A DNA stretch of 64,000 bases, from NCBI RefSeq assembly GCF_000315625.1, contig NW_005434635.1:310001-374000 (forward strand). Direction: 5' to 3'. The translations under genes were made by a program, and so were the position numbers. The notes under the pieces are model-generated. The model had not been told where the DNA came from. It saw only the letters and a program-made list of their open reading frames with translations, and made no database searches. Numbering within the stretch: the first letter of the stretch is position 1; the number at the start of each line of letters is the position of its first letter. Source of the stretch: Guillardia theta CCMP2712. Its lineage: Eukaryota; Protista; Cryptophyta. Positions 36,598-48,511 of this stretch are shown here, piece by piece.

Positions 36598-36928
36598 TAT
36601 GGCAACACACGCACAGCTGTCCACCTCAGGCTCCCTCCCCGCCCTCTCCACCTTCTCCTCCAGCTTCTCCTCCGACTCCTACTCCTCCTCCTGCTCTCCC
36701 CAGCCCTCCTTCGACGAGCTCAGCCTCCCTTCCATCGACGACCCCGAGGAGTCGCTGCTGGTCGAGCTCGAGTGCCTGGGGCTGAGCAGCTCGCAGCTTG
36801 CCAGGGCGGAGCATCTGTCAGAGGAGAAGAGGAGGCGGCTGATCTGTCTGGCGCGATCTGTGCGATACATCCAGGCACATTTCATGCAGCCAGGAAAGGA
36901 GGAGAAGCACATGGCCTTGGGAATCTGA
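36598..36928 (+). pseudogene. duplicated exon / probable pseudogene fragment of the 38562-39080 gene
   Basis: Shares an apparently identical stretch of about 183 bp with 38647-38829 in inverted orientation; the reading frame decays afterwards. Confidence 0.4.
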
Positions 36929-38829
36929 TCTTCCGCATAACACGTCACGAACTCCGCGAACGCGAAGCCCCGATGGCTCCCGTCGAACTTGCTCGGCAGC
37001 CTCAGGCTCGTCAGCTCCCCGAACGACGACAGCAGGTCTCGCAGCTCCTTCTTGTTCGCTGACCAGCCGTCATGTCACTCCTCGACCCTCCCGCGCCTCC
37101 TCCTGACCTTCAAAGGGGACGTTGCGGATGACGAGCTTGCTGCAGTCCTGGGGGGCCTGGGAGTCGCTGGGCTTTGCCCTGCTCCTGTTGTCCTTGGTGA
37201 CGTCATCTTACTTCGCTGTTCATCTCAACAACTTTCGGAGGACAATTACCAACCGGGCAGCTCAGTCCATCGAGTCACATCGAGCCAGCTGTCAACTTGT
37301 GACTTGTACACTATCATAGTTTGTATTCGCAACTTGCTATCTACACCTCGGTCACCTAGTAAAAACTCTAGTCCGAGTAAAACTCTCTGAGATGCACGAA
37401 GCTGCGTTTGTAGAACTCACTTCGTCTACTATCAAAACTGCAACCATCTGCCTTGTTGTCACGGCTCTCGAGCGACGTGCAGCTACTGCATCGTGACGGG
37501 GTAAATTCTGACGGCACGTTGGGAGCAGGTGAGACTTCTGAGAGCGGCAAGACGTGCAAAGGGCTTCTACCCCAGACACTCGAGCCGCTGAGCTGGACCA
37601 GCAGCTCAGCGTCCTCGGGATCGTCGTAACATAGCCTCGGAGGCGGGCCCTCTCCCTCTGCACTCCATGAGAGACGGGCCGATCGGAGATTTACTGAAGG
37701 GCCGTGCTGCTGTCACAGGATTGAGAGAGCCGTTCATCTTTACTACAGAAAACTCCGAGGAGACGTAAAGTTCCAATTTCAAGTTGCACGACTGCGACCT
37801 CTTGATGAACCGGCGCGTTCTTGTTGTTTCGGTGAGGCTCATAACCTTCCAGTACGATTGCTCACAAAAATCCGAATGCCCCTCAACAGGTCTCGTCCTC
37901 GTCAGCCCACCTGGCACCTCCGCCTCCTTCCGAAGTTCAACTTACCTCCTCCTCCTCCTCCTCCTCCTCCCTGAGTCACTCTTCTTGTGCCTCGTTCATC
38001 TACAACTCCTGTCGTCCTTCAAGTGACCGTCACGGTCATGTTACTTCGCCAGCTCGTCTCAACACTGCTGCCGGAGGAACTTCGAAACTCTCAATCACCA
38101 ACGAGGCTACTCAGTCCATCCCAGTCACATCGAGCCAGCTGTCAACTTGTACATCATCATAGTTCGTACTCCAATCCCAATAAAACTCTCTGAAATGCAC
38201 AAAGCTGCGTTTGTAGTACTTACTTCGTTGACTATTCAAACTGCAACCAACCATCTGCCTTGTTGTCCCGATTTCCGAGCATGTGCTGTTACCTGGTACT
38301 TTCTTTCGGGTAGATTCCAACGGAGCATTGAGAGTTCTAAGAGTGGCAAGACTTGCACAGGGCTGTTTGATGATAACTTTATTGATTCCTAACAATCTTA
38401 CATGTAGTCCGACACAGCTTCTGTCAGATGACTGAGAAAACAATGAAAGAAACCGCAAACGCGTAGTCAGGCGGAAGAGGTGCTTTTGTTCGCCGATACT
38501 TGTTGTTGAAATTTATGTACAATGTCCTGACTTGATCTTGGCTGCCTGTTCCAGGTGAGTTTCAGTTCACTTCCTTCGGTACGTCTCCGCTCGTAGGAAG
38601 AGGATTGCCGACCTGATCCATAGATGAGCTTTGAATTAACCTGACCGATCGCGCCAGACAGATCAGCCGCCTCCTCTTCTCCTCTGACAGATGCTCCGCC
38701 CTGGCAAGCTGCGAGCTGCTCAGCCCCAGGCACTCGAGCTCGACCAGCAGCGACTCCTCGGGGTCGTCGATGGAAGGGAGGCTGAGCTCGTCGAAGGAGG
38801 GCTGGGGAGAGCAGGAGGAGGAGTAGGAG
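36676..38829. repeat. inverted repeat of about 183 bp (36676-36858 / 38647-38829) enclosing a diverged direct repeat (about 37198-37460 / 38023-38268)
   Basis: Direct sequence comparison; both arms translate to SYSSSCSPQPSFDELSLPSIDDPEESLLVELECLGLSSSQLARAEHLSEEKRRRLICLARS. Confidence 0.9.
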
Positions 38830-39080
38830 GACGAAGATGGTGAGGGGAATGAGGGGAAGGGTGAGGGTGAGAAGCTCTGTAAAGAGAGGGCTCGTGTAGC
38901 AGGACACTCCACCATGTCCCCCTGCGCTCCGGTAGCGGCAAGGTCCTCCGATTTACAAGGATCAACTTCAGAGTCAGAGTCGATTTTACTACTGCACGGA
39001 ACGGAAACGGAACTGCTGCGACCTCTTGTTCCGATCGCGTTCCTGCCCGGCGCCGAGCCCGGACTCGGGTGTTGAGGCAA
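38562..39080 (-). CDS. hypothetical protein exons (weak resemblance to formin GBD N-terminal helix)
   Basis: Open frame with splice-like signals and the LGLSxxQLxxxxxLSEEKRRRLI pattern; family assignment is weak. Confidence 0.3.
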   Translation of the reverse strand: MPQHPSPGSAPGRNAIGTRGRSSSVSVPCSSKIDSDSEVDPCKSEDLAATGAQGDMVECPATRALSLQSFSPSPFPSFPSPSSSSYSSSCSPQPSFDELSLPSIDDPEESLLVELECLGLSSSQLARAEHLSEEKRRRLICLARSVRLIQSSSMDQVGNPLPTSGDVPKEVN

Positions 39081-39113
39081 CTGATCAGAGCAAGCCTCAC
39101 CTCAGGTCATGTC

Positions 39114-39193
39114 AAGCAGTCGATGTGGCTCTGTGCACAAGAGCACTGAAAGGAAGCAGTCGATGTGGCTCTGTGCACAAGAGCACTGAAAGG
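39114..39193. repeat. perfect 40-bp tandem duplication
   Basis: aagcagtcgatgtggctctgtgcacaagagcactgaaagg x2. Confidence 0.95.
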
Positions 39194-40031
39194 ACAGCAA
39201 CAGCTACAATAGGGACGACGTAGGAGGATCACGAAGAAGACAGCAAGAACCTAGGACCCATGGATGGCAGCAGATGATAAGCGAGTCAGCTCATATCAGT
39301 CTGCGACAGGACAGCAAGTGACAGGAATAACGGCTAGTGGGAACTTCCGAAGTTGGAAGTATCACCCCTGCCAGTCATGGTCATGGAAGGACACAGGGTT
39401 CGATCAGAGAAGACAGTACTATCATGACTATTCTACAGGAGGTCTTACGATGAAGGCACGAGACCACCTCTCAGCAGGTTGCAGAGACACGCAGGTTCTG
39501 TCAAGGCCAAGGGAGCAACTGTGTCAACTCGACAGGAAGCGTTGGATGAGAATCGAAGACCTCATCATGTCAAGCCTATGACTCTTTCTCAGGGAGCCTC
39601 TACTAAGGCTATGGGACTAGGACCGGACTCGGACCGGTCGAAGGACCATACCGCGGATACGAAGCGTAGGGTACCGGTCAGTAGTGATAGTTCCTAGGAT
39701 CACCAGGCTTCCCCTATTTGAGGGAAGTTCGAGGGAGAGGAAGAGGGGCCGCTCGCATTTGCAGGAAAGGAAAGGAGAATGAGGTGAAGGGTCTCTGTGA
39801 GACTGGGTTGCTTGAAGTAAACAAGCTTGTATACCTGTACCAATCTCTTATCACCTCTAAGTTACTTCTCTGAATCCTGATATTATTCCTGCGACTGCGC
39901 GGCCCGGCCATCGGTGATCGCAAGTATCACGAGTCATCACTATGGATACGTCATCACTGTCTACTTCGTGTGAGGAGAGAGTTCCACTGGAAATCTCGAC
40001 CCATATTATAAATTCGTGACTCGCCGCCTTC

Positions 40032-40094
40032 ACTCAAAGTTAAGTGAAAGATCAGTACGAGGACCATCAGGAGAGTAGAGGAGGCTTGACCCTG
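40032..40094 (+). repeat. 63-bp dispersed repeat, copy 1
   Basis: actcaaagttaagtgaaagatcagtacgaggaccatcaggagagtagaggaggcttgaccctg; 3 mismatches to 45435-45497. Confidence 0.85.
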
Positions 40095-40303
40095 GGCTCG
40101 CCTCACTCGGTATTCCAGAGAGGCCCATAACCTTCCCAGTGCGTGGACTCATAAGGCCCTTGCTGGTCCTACCCCTTCCCTGTTCCACCTCCGACGTCCT
40201 CCTCCTCTCCTGCGCTCCTCCTCTCTTCATCTTGCATTCTTTCTCGAAGCATCATCCATCTACAGCTTCACCTCCTCCGTCCCGTTCTACAGCTTGCCCT
40301 GAT

Positions 40304-41012
40304 ATGACTCGATCTTCCCTATCTCCCCTGCTCTTCAGTGCGCTGCTGATCTATGAATGCCATGGGTGGTCGCTGCCGCCTCCTTCCCTACGCACGTTCG
40401 CTTCTGCTAAGGCCGGAATGACCGTGACCTCGAGTCGTCGACCAAGGCGGTATGCGTGCAGCATGGCAGGTGAGGAGAGCTGTCGAGCTTTGTCTCATAT
40501 GAAATCAAGTTTGTTCGCTAGTTTGCTCTACATGTCGTCTCCTTTCATCTTTGTCTTCGAACTGTTGGCCACCTCATGCTGAACGCTTCCATTTGTCAGT
40601 CGGCGTGCCGGGCAATGGCGAGGGTCAGGTGTCGGACTTCATCGTGCCTGCTGGATGTGACAAGGTGCGAGTTGGCAAACCGCTGGGGATCCTGCTGGAG
40701 GAGGTCGAGGACGGCAAGGGAGCGGTGGTGGTGAGCGTGAAGGAGGGGTCGAACGCCGACAAGTCGGGCGTGCGTGTTGGGGATGAGCTAGTGGCGTGCT
40801 CGGCAACGACTCTCAAGGCAGGGAAGGATGGGGCGTACGAGAGGACAGGGTACGGGGGTAGGCCGTTTGACAACTGGGACGTCATAATGTTCCCTTGTGG
40901 CGACCAGCCGTTCGAGGCGATCATGGCGGCGATAGCGTCCAACAACGAGAGGTGGGGCATCAACTCAGTGACGCTGGTGCTGAGGAGGAGAGAGGGAGAG
41001 GAAGGGCGGTAG
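40304..41012 (+). CDS. plastid-targeted PDZ-domain protein (intron 40470-40599)
   Basis: Signal peptide ending ...ECHG|W plus an S/R-rich transit peptide; PDZ core KPLGILLEE...VVVSVKEGSNADKSGVRVGDELVACS...VTLVLRR. Confidence 0.8.
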
Positions 41013-41113
41013 GGGTTCAGATGGCACGAAGTTATTTTCGTGATGTTCATGTGAATGGAATAATGTCGCAAGAGTGGCCGAGATGACGAGCGGTGAAGGG
41101 AAAGGAGGCAAAT

Positions 41114-44100
41114 TCACAGAGCAGGACTGACTTCTCTCCTCCTCGCTGGCTCTACCGTGAGAAAGCGGCGGCCGGCGAGCTCAGGAGGGAGGTATTCCTG
41201 ATCGCATCCTTCCGGATAGTCGTGATTGTACTTGTATCCTTTGCCCCATCCCAGATCCGCAAGCACCTGCACAAGTTTCAGATGAGGAAAGGGTGACAGA
41301 GGCAAGGAGAGGAATGTGCGAGTGAGGTAAGGGGTCGTGGTAGGAGGACAGGGTAGGCTGGAGCTGCTGAAACACGATCGTAGGTTCTAGCATAGAGCAC
41401 CAAGGGAAGGAGGAGAGAAGTGGGAAGGAGACAACATCACCTTGCTCGTAGCGTTCCGCAAGTGGAGGGGAACAGGATAGTTGGGCTCTTCACGCACACA
41501 GGCAGCTGCAGCCTTGTAGGCGGAGTAGAGGGCGTTGCACTTGGGGCAGCAAGCGAGGTAGACGGCGCACTGTCTCCAGGTCAACGGCAGCAAGTCTGGT
41601 CGTCAGAGCAGACCTGGCACAGAGCTAGGTTGCACTCCGGCATGCCGATAGCCTTGACCGCTTCCAGCGTCGCCGTTGCCTGGCCAAGGACTGTGAGACC
41701 CGGGCCCCGGCGGTCTCCATTGAGCCTCCGTGAAACCTGAACGAGGGCAGAGGTGTCGGCCAACCCGATGTCTTCGCTAGCAATACGGATCATCCGACGA
41801 GCGACGTACTGGAACGAGTCTCAACTTGTGCTCGGTCGAAGCACAAGGGCTCAGACCTCAGGGTTTTCTCCTCCTTCCAGCATTCGCGCGAGCCAGTAGA
41901 TCTTTCAGAAACGGCGTCATCCTCCTCGCCTCCCCTTCCCTCCCTCCTTCCTCTGTCCACCCACAAGACCCACGTCTTCACACTCCCTCTCTGCCTCTGC
42001 CTCTCTCTTCTCCTCCTCTCCTCTCCTCTCCTCTCCTCTCCTCTCCTCTCCTCTCCTCTCCTCTCCTCTCCTCTCCTCTCCTCTCCTCTCCTCTCCTCTC
42101 CTCTCCTCTCCTCTCCTCTCCTCTCCTCTCCTCTCCTCTCCTCTCCTCTCCTCTTGCTCCTCTTGCTCCTCTCCTCTCCTCTCCTCTCCTCTCCTCTCCT
42201 CTTGCTCCTCTCCTCTCCTCTCCTCTCCTCCGCGGTGCCAGTACCGTAGCTTGCGGGTCACTCCCTCGGATGCTTTTGTGGAATGCGGAGATGCAGTTGT
42301 AGTGCTCGTCGCCGTGCGCGTCGTAAGCGACCGTCATCTGGTCGAGCGTTGCCTTGCGGACGTCGTCGAGCTGAAAGGAGTGAGGGAGGAGAGCAGCTAA
42401 CAAGTAAAAGTACGGTGATAAGAAGGGCATCTGACACTGACGTGATGAGTCAGCGAGGCTGAGGAGCTAGGAATCGACTCACTCGACAAGGGGCGAGGAG
42501 GTTTGTTCGAGGTGGACGGAGGGGTGTCAAACGTCTGCGAGCATTCATGCACGGAGTCTGCCAGCTTGGACGGGGCGAATCTGTCATCACGCCCTCCTCG
42601 TCCACTTCAGCCCCTGCTCCTGCTGCCCCTCCTGCTCCTCCTCGCGCTCTTCCAGCGTCTCTCCCTCCTCTTTCTTCGCTGCTCCTGCTCCTCTCCATGG
42701 CGTGTGACATGGAGACTTCGACGAAGTTCAAGGCTGCAGGAGCATCGGGGTTAGTGGAGAAGACGTCATTTCATCTTGACCTGATCGAGCATCTCCGTCT
42801 GCTAACTTGACCACAACATCAAGAGCCTGAGGCTGACGGGAAAGAGAGTGAGAAGCTCGCATGTCCATCACCACAAGAACAAGCACAAACTTCCATCGAG
42901 ACGGTCGCAGGCTTCTGCAGGCCCTCTGTTTCATGGCAAAGTCACCAGTGCAGCTTGTCAGGCATCGATCGCTACCTTGACCTCCACGGAGTTTATCAAG
43001 TCCCGGCATCAGCCCGTTCTCCCGATCATTCAGTGCTTCGGAGATGGTGAGGACAAGGCAGGATGGTCAGAGTTTGGTTCCGAACCTCTCAGGATGATAT
43101 CCTTCACTTCCTCCTCGTCTAACTTCTTCAAATTGTACACTTGACACCTGCGCCGCAAGAGTTTCAGGCAGGAGCAACTGAGAGGAGAGTTATCACAACC
43201 TGGACAGCAAGGCTCTGTTCAACGAGAAGCTCGGGTTCTCCGTCGTGGCGCCGATCAGTGTGATCAACCCCGACTCGACATGCGGAAGAAAGGCGTCCTG
43301 TTCAATGCCACGTCACGGCATCACGGGCCCTCTCCCCTCCCTCGTGCCTGTTGAATCTTGTTGAAGCGATGTATTTCATCCAGGAACAAGATCGTCTTGC
43401 GGCCGTGCAGCGACAAGTTGGACTGAGCCTCTCGAACTATCCTCTTCACATCCGCCAGCCCAGAGTTGACCGCAGACAGGAAGACGGAGGTGAATCCTTC
43501 GGCTCTGCTCACGATCTTACCTAGAGTGCTCTTGCCACATCCTGGAGGGCCCCAAAGGATTATGGAAGGGATGCTTCCAGTGAGAAGAAACTTTCTGATT
43601 GCATTGGCGACATCCCGCTGTCCAACGATCCTCTCCACACTCTCCGGTCTCATCCTCTCTGCCAATGGTCTTCGTTCGAAGTCAGCCGGCCTCCTCCTTT
43701 TCGGAACCTGGTCCTCACGATCCTCCTGCTCCTGCTCCTCAGGCAGCACATGCACTTCCACGTCCCCCGCCTTCACGTCGCTCATCACGTTCACCTCCTC
43801 CTCCGGCTCCCTCTCCCTCTTGATCACAGCGCTCCGAGAGAGTTCGCGCGACATGGTCGGGAACGACACCATCGACGAGCTCTTGACCAGCCTTGAGCTG
43901 CTCTTCCCCATCCGACCGGGCTTTTCTTTAACAGGAGCCCTTCCCCTCTGACTGGGTTGAGACAGCAAGGATGGCTTTTGCGAGGCTGTGAAGATCGGAG
44001 CCAGGGACTTCGTACAGGAGGAGGAGGGAGGAGGAGCGTCTTCGTTCTCCTTGACGACTGTAACGCTGGGCCTCGCTACAGCTCCAGAGACCAGCTTCTC

Positions 44101-44259
44101 GATTGCAAGCGCGACGTTCCCGCTTACCTGGGGAGCGTGAGAGGTCAAACAACAAGATGAGATTCGCCAGACCTGTCGGAGAGCATCCTTGATGATCCCT
44201 TCGTCAGTGAACCCCATCTCTTTGATCATATGGATCTTCCCCTCGCTAAAAATCTCCAT
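41114..44259 (-). CDS. WRNIP1: WRNIP1/Mgs1/RarA replication-associated AAA+ ATPase with N-terminal UBA-like domain
   Basis: [100 protein letters not shown]; N-terminal EMGF...ALAIEKL (UBA-like). Confidence 0.95.
42005..42230. repeat. (CTCCT)n pentamer microsatellite in WRNIP1 intron
   Basis: Visible tandem repeats. Confidence 0.95.
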
Positions 44260-45057
44260 CGCTCCTCTGATTCTTGTCAGGTACCACGAGGGTTTCACGA
44301 CTTTGTTTCTGATACAACGGTCCTCATTTCCTGCCTCCAAAAAGTTACTGCGAACATGGCTGGCAAAGGCTTCAACAATCAGTTTCAACAACCGTTCTGC
44401 GATGAGTGGCAAGGAAATTTTTGAAACTAGGGAGAGGAACCGGCAGAATATCTCGGAAAATAAGGAAACTTTCACAGCAGCACAACAAAATCAAGATCCC
44501 ATTATGCAATAAATGGATGTGAGTGCCTCTGCACCGCCACTCCTTCTTCACTCGGTAACTGTATAGGACCATTCTGCTGCTCCCAAGTATCGAAGCCAAT
44601 GGGACTCTAAGGTGAACGGAAGATCCGAATCAACTCTGCACGCGATGCGAACCTCACTATCCCTCTTAGCCATCCAACCTTGCTCCCTCCCTCGCTTTCA
44701 TCTTTCCCCTTCATCGCATTCCTTCCTCCATTTTCTTCCTCCTTCCCTCTTCCTCCCCGTCCTCTACTTCCTTTCTATCTTCCCTCCGCTCCTCCCAGGG
44801 CAGGAGAGGAGGAGGAGGAGGAGGAGGAGCGGCAGGAGCCTCAGCTGCATAGGTACAGGATGCGGCCGGTAATTGTTTTTATTTGTCTCCACAGGGGAAA
44901 TCAAAGAGAGGAGGAGAGGATGGAGCAGCGTGAGAAGCGGACGGGGAGAGGAACTGAGGAGAGAAACCGGAGCGGTAGGTGAAGGGGAACAGAGTAGGAG
45001 GTGGGGAGAGGGAAAGAATCCGAAGCGGGAAGGGGGGAGACTGGAGCTGGAGCCAGG

Positions 45058-45249
45058 ATGCGACTCAAGCTGCTGCTGTGCATGGTTGTTGTGAATTTTG
45101 CTGTTCCGTCCGGCATCTTGTTGGATCGAGTCCAGGGAGTGTCGAAACTTTCTCTCTGTCTTCGAGGAGGACTCGATTTCTACCCTTCCTCCTCATGGGA
45201 GGATGAATACAAGCACCTGCATCCCGACCGGTTGATCTTTGACCGTGAG
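45058..45249 (+). CDS. 5' exon of a signal-peptide/LRGG protein, cut by assembly gap
   Basis: MRLKLLLCMVVVNFAVPSG...KLSLCLRGG-LDFYP..., ending at a gtgag donor just before the N run. Confidence 0.5.
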
Positions 45250-45349
45250 NNNNNNNNNNNNNNNNNNNNNNNNNNNNNNNNNNNNNNNNNNNNNNNNNNN
45301 NNNNNNNNNNNNNNNNNNNNNNNNNNNNNNNNNNNNNNNNNNNNNNNNN
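45250..45349. other. assembly gap (N run)
   Basis: Run of N. Confidence 1.
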
Positions 45350-45497
45350 GTTAAGGGAAAAATCAGGCAGTACAAGGACCGTACAATCAGGAGAGTCGAG
45401 TCGGCGAGGAGGAGGTGACCCTTGACCAACTTTTACTCAAAGTTAAGTTAAAGATCAGTACGAGGACAATCAGGAGAGTCGAGGAGGCTTGACCCTG
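45350..45497 (+). repeat. 63-bp dispersed repeat, copy 2 (45435-45497), preceded by a degenerate copy
   Basis: Matches 40032-40094; the upstream gttaag...cagtacaaggac...aatcaggagagtcgag is a decayed unit. Confidence 0.8.
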
Positions 45498-45880
45498 ACA
45501 CTGTCGCACAGGCCAAACGGCGAGAAGAGAAAAGACAGCGAGAACCAAACCCAATCCTGCCAACTGCTGCCCCCCAAACTTAACTGATACCTTCACTTAA
45601 CTGCGCGCTGGACAATACCCCCCCGCCGCCATGCCAGCGATTCTTGCGTCGATCATGATGATTACCGTGGGATCACCCCCCATCCCTCCCTCCCTCTCGT
45701 CCTCCCTCCACTCCCTCGTTCCTGCATCTTGGGATTCCCGCTCCCATCAGCCACTCCGATTTTGCCCCCATCCCCACTCTGACCGAATTACCCTCATCCC
45801 CGCGCTGAAACGTCGAGAGAGTCAACTCGCGGTCAACTCTGAAACCTTTGACTACTTTTTTCAAGTCTTGCGACCCGGCC

Positions 45881-48303
45881 ATGGCGGAGACTGGAAAGAC
45901 GGCCAAGGAGAAGCAGGTGAGATGAGAACGTGTTGAAGACAGAGACTGTTGAGAAGATTGTTTGTGAAGTTGATCTGTTTTCAATTTACTCCGACTCGGC
46001 GAGTCCCTGTGTCCCATGATGACAACTCAAGTTGCAAACTAAAATCGCTGCCAGGAGTACAAACGGAGTTTGCTTGAAAACTTGAGCGAAGAGGCTGAAG
46101 ATATCGGTGACTTTGCTCTCAAACCTTATCTCATGTCCATTCTCATTCTTGTTCCGTTAGTTGCGATCAATGCAAAGATAAACAAGGTAAGGCTGCTCAC
46201 GGCGTCAAAAGTCCCAAAAATCTCAACCGCTTGCCTGCACAGACCTTGAGGGATCTCCGAAATCCTCCTGTGTATGATCTATCAGGGAAGGAGGGAGGAG
46301 AGAAGAACCTCTCCAACGCTGGGGTCGGGCTCCTGCTGAGTGCTCCTGAGAAGTCAGGTTCGCACGGGACGCACGTCATCGTAGACATGCTCGTTCCAGG
46401 TTCGTGCCATGTGCGGCTCCTGACCTTGAGGGATGACGCCATGCCAACGAGCAGGAGGCGCCGCGGAGAAGCAGTTTGCGGGAGTGATCCGACCTGATGA
46501 CCTCATCACGGCCGTCAGGGTTGATCTCCAGCCTTCTGCCAAAGCCATGGGCTGATAGGATGTGACAGGACGACAGCAAGGAGACAGAGTTTACTTGCAC
46601 CACAGGCTTGTCCGTGCAGCAAGTCAAGGACCTCATCGTGGGAGCTCCGGGCTCCACTATCTCCCTCCGACTGCGCAGTCAAGAGTCGGGGGTGAGAGAG
46701 AGAGTCGCAGGCGGTTGACAGAAGCTGATGGGAGACCGCAGGAAGTGTACGAATGTCGAGGTCTCATCAGGGGACTGGAAAAATTCAGACGCGGCGCTGA
46801 GCAGGATGAAAGGGAGAGGGAGCAAGAGAGAGCAGAGGAGAGGGTTGAAGAGACCGCTGTGGAGGAGCAGGCAGAAGGCGCGCCAAGGAGCAGAATCAGG
46901 CTCCAAGCAAAAATGCCATCAGTAGCGCCACCTGTTCAGCAGGTTACCTCCTCAAAGCACAGACGAAGCTGATGCTGTGGAACAGGTTGAGTTTCTTCCT
47001 CAAGTGAAACCTCAATCGCTAGCAGCCAGCAGAGGAGAAGAGAAGGAGAAGCCAAGCAAGAACTCCGGGGGCACTCCCGCTGGACGCTCTTGTGTGGACG
47101 TGTTGCTTATGCTGCTGGTTCTTGTCGGACTGGTGGCTGCCGTGCTGGTGCAGCTGCAGGTACACCGTCACTCAACTACGAGCTTGCGAGCTCACTAGTT
47201 GCCTTCCTGCGCTACCTCACAGGGCCAGGGCACACTGGCGGCCCATGAGCGGATGCTGAGGGAGGAGATGGAGGCTCAGTTCCATGAGAAGTGAGGGGCT
47301 GTCGTCCTCCTCCGAACGTGTCTGACGGGTGCTGGGTAGGGAGAAGAAGTTCAACTGCACTCCACTGGTTCACGCGGAGCAGCGCAAGTGACTCTCTAGA
47401 ACTTTCATGGTTGCAGTCTTGACTCGAACATGCCCAGATGTCAAACAAAGATCGATCAAACTCTCAAGGTCCTACTCTGTGTCCAACTCTTTCCTTCCCT
47501 GTGACCTGCACATCGTTAACTCATACCCTTGTTTCCTAGGAAAATCAAAAAGAGTTCGCCACGCGTGAGAAACAGGTGTAATAGGGAGTATTCCTCCCTC
47601 CCTCCCTCCTTCCCTCCTTCCCTCCCTCCCTCCCTCCCTCCCTCCCTCCCTCCCTCCCTCCCTCCCTCCCTCTCTCCCTCCCTCCCTCTCTCCCTTTGCT
47701 CCCATACTACTCACTGGCCGTCGCTGCTCAACTTTGGACCAGCTACTGGCGAGCGCGGAAGCAACTTCGGCCAAGAAGTCATCGACAAAGGCAAAGGAAA
47801 TCTTCAGGTTGCCTCCAGCCCTTGCGGTAACCGCTGCTGACATGCCAACCAGGCGTGTAGTTCACGAGTTCGTTGAGTATCACGACCGATGGGACGAGAT
47901 GGTTGACCGAGGCGGAGGATGCGGCGGATTGACCTTGCTAAGCAGCCGCTCAAGTCCAAGAAGAACAGCCTAGAGGACGAATTTAGGTACAACTAGCTCC
48001 TTCCTTCCATTCTTCTATCGCATCCTTGACCTCCTTTTCTCCTTCGCACCCTCGTTCCATCCGTCAATCCCGCAGTCCTTCCCTCCCTTGCCAACCCCTT
48101 TCCTTCCTCATCCTCCACTTACTCGTGTCTGTGACCCGCAGGTCTGGAATCATGAAGCTACTCAAGAGGACGCGGGACATGGTGCACTGAGGCGGGGAGA
48201 TCGACTTGCGTTGAGTTGCGCTCACATGAATCAGGAGCACTCGAACCCCCACAAGACCGTCACCGACAACTCCTGCTCCTCGTGGGACTGCCTCTCCTCC
48301 TAG
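45881..48303 (+). CDS. multi-exon PDZ-domain membrane protein (PDZ, acidic linker, single TM, helical tail)
   Basis: GVGLLL...VDMLVPGS...PDDLITAV...TTGLSVQQVKDLIVGAPGSTISLRLR (PDZ); TM VLLMLLVLVGLVAAVLV; 3' exons approximate. Confidence 0.65.
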
Positions 48304-48511
48304 CAGCTTCCCTTCGGAAGCTCCATTCAAGTGATGAACTTTTGTATTACTTTCAAAGTGTTTGGAATAATTCAAAATGATTTCGATCGTCTACCCGGCG
48401 CCCGGCGCTGCGCTCCTCGGCTTATCTCCCCGCAAGCATAAAAATCGTCTCCCATAGCAAGAGGTCACGAGGGTCCCGAGATGATATAGAGCGCGCGTGC
48501 AAAGAAAACTT

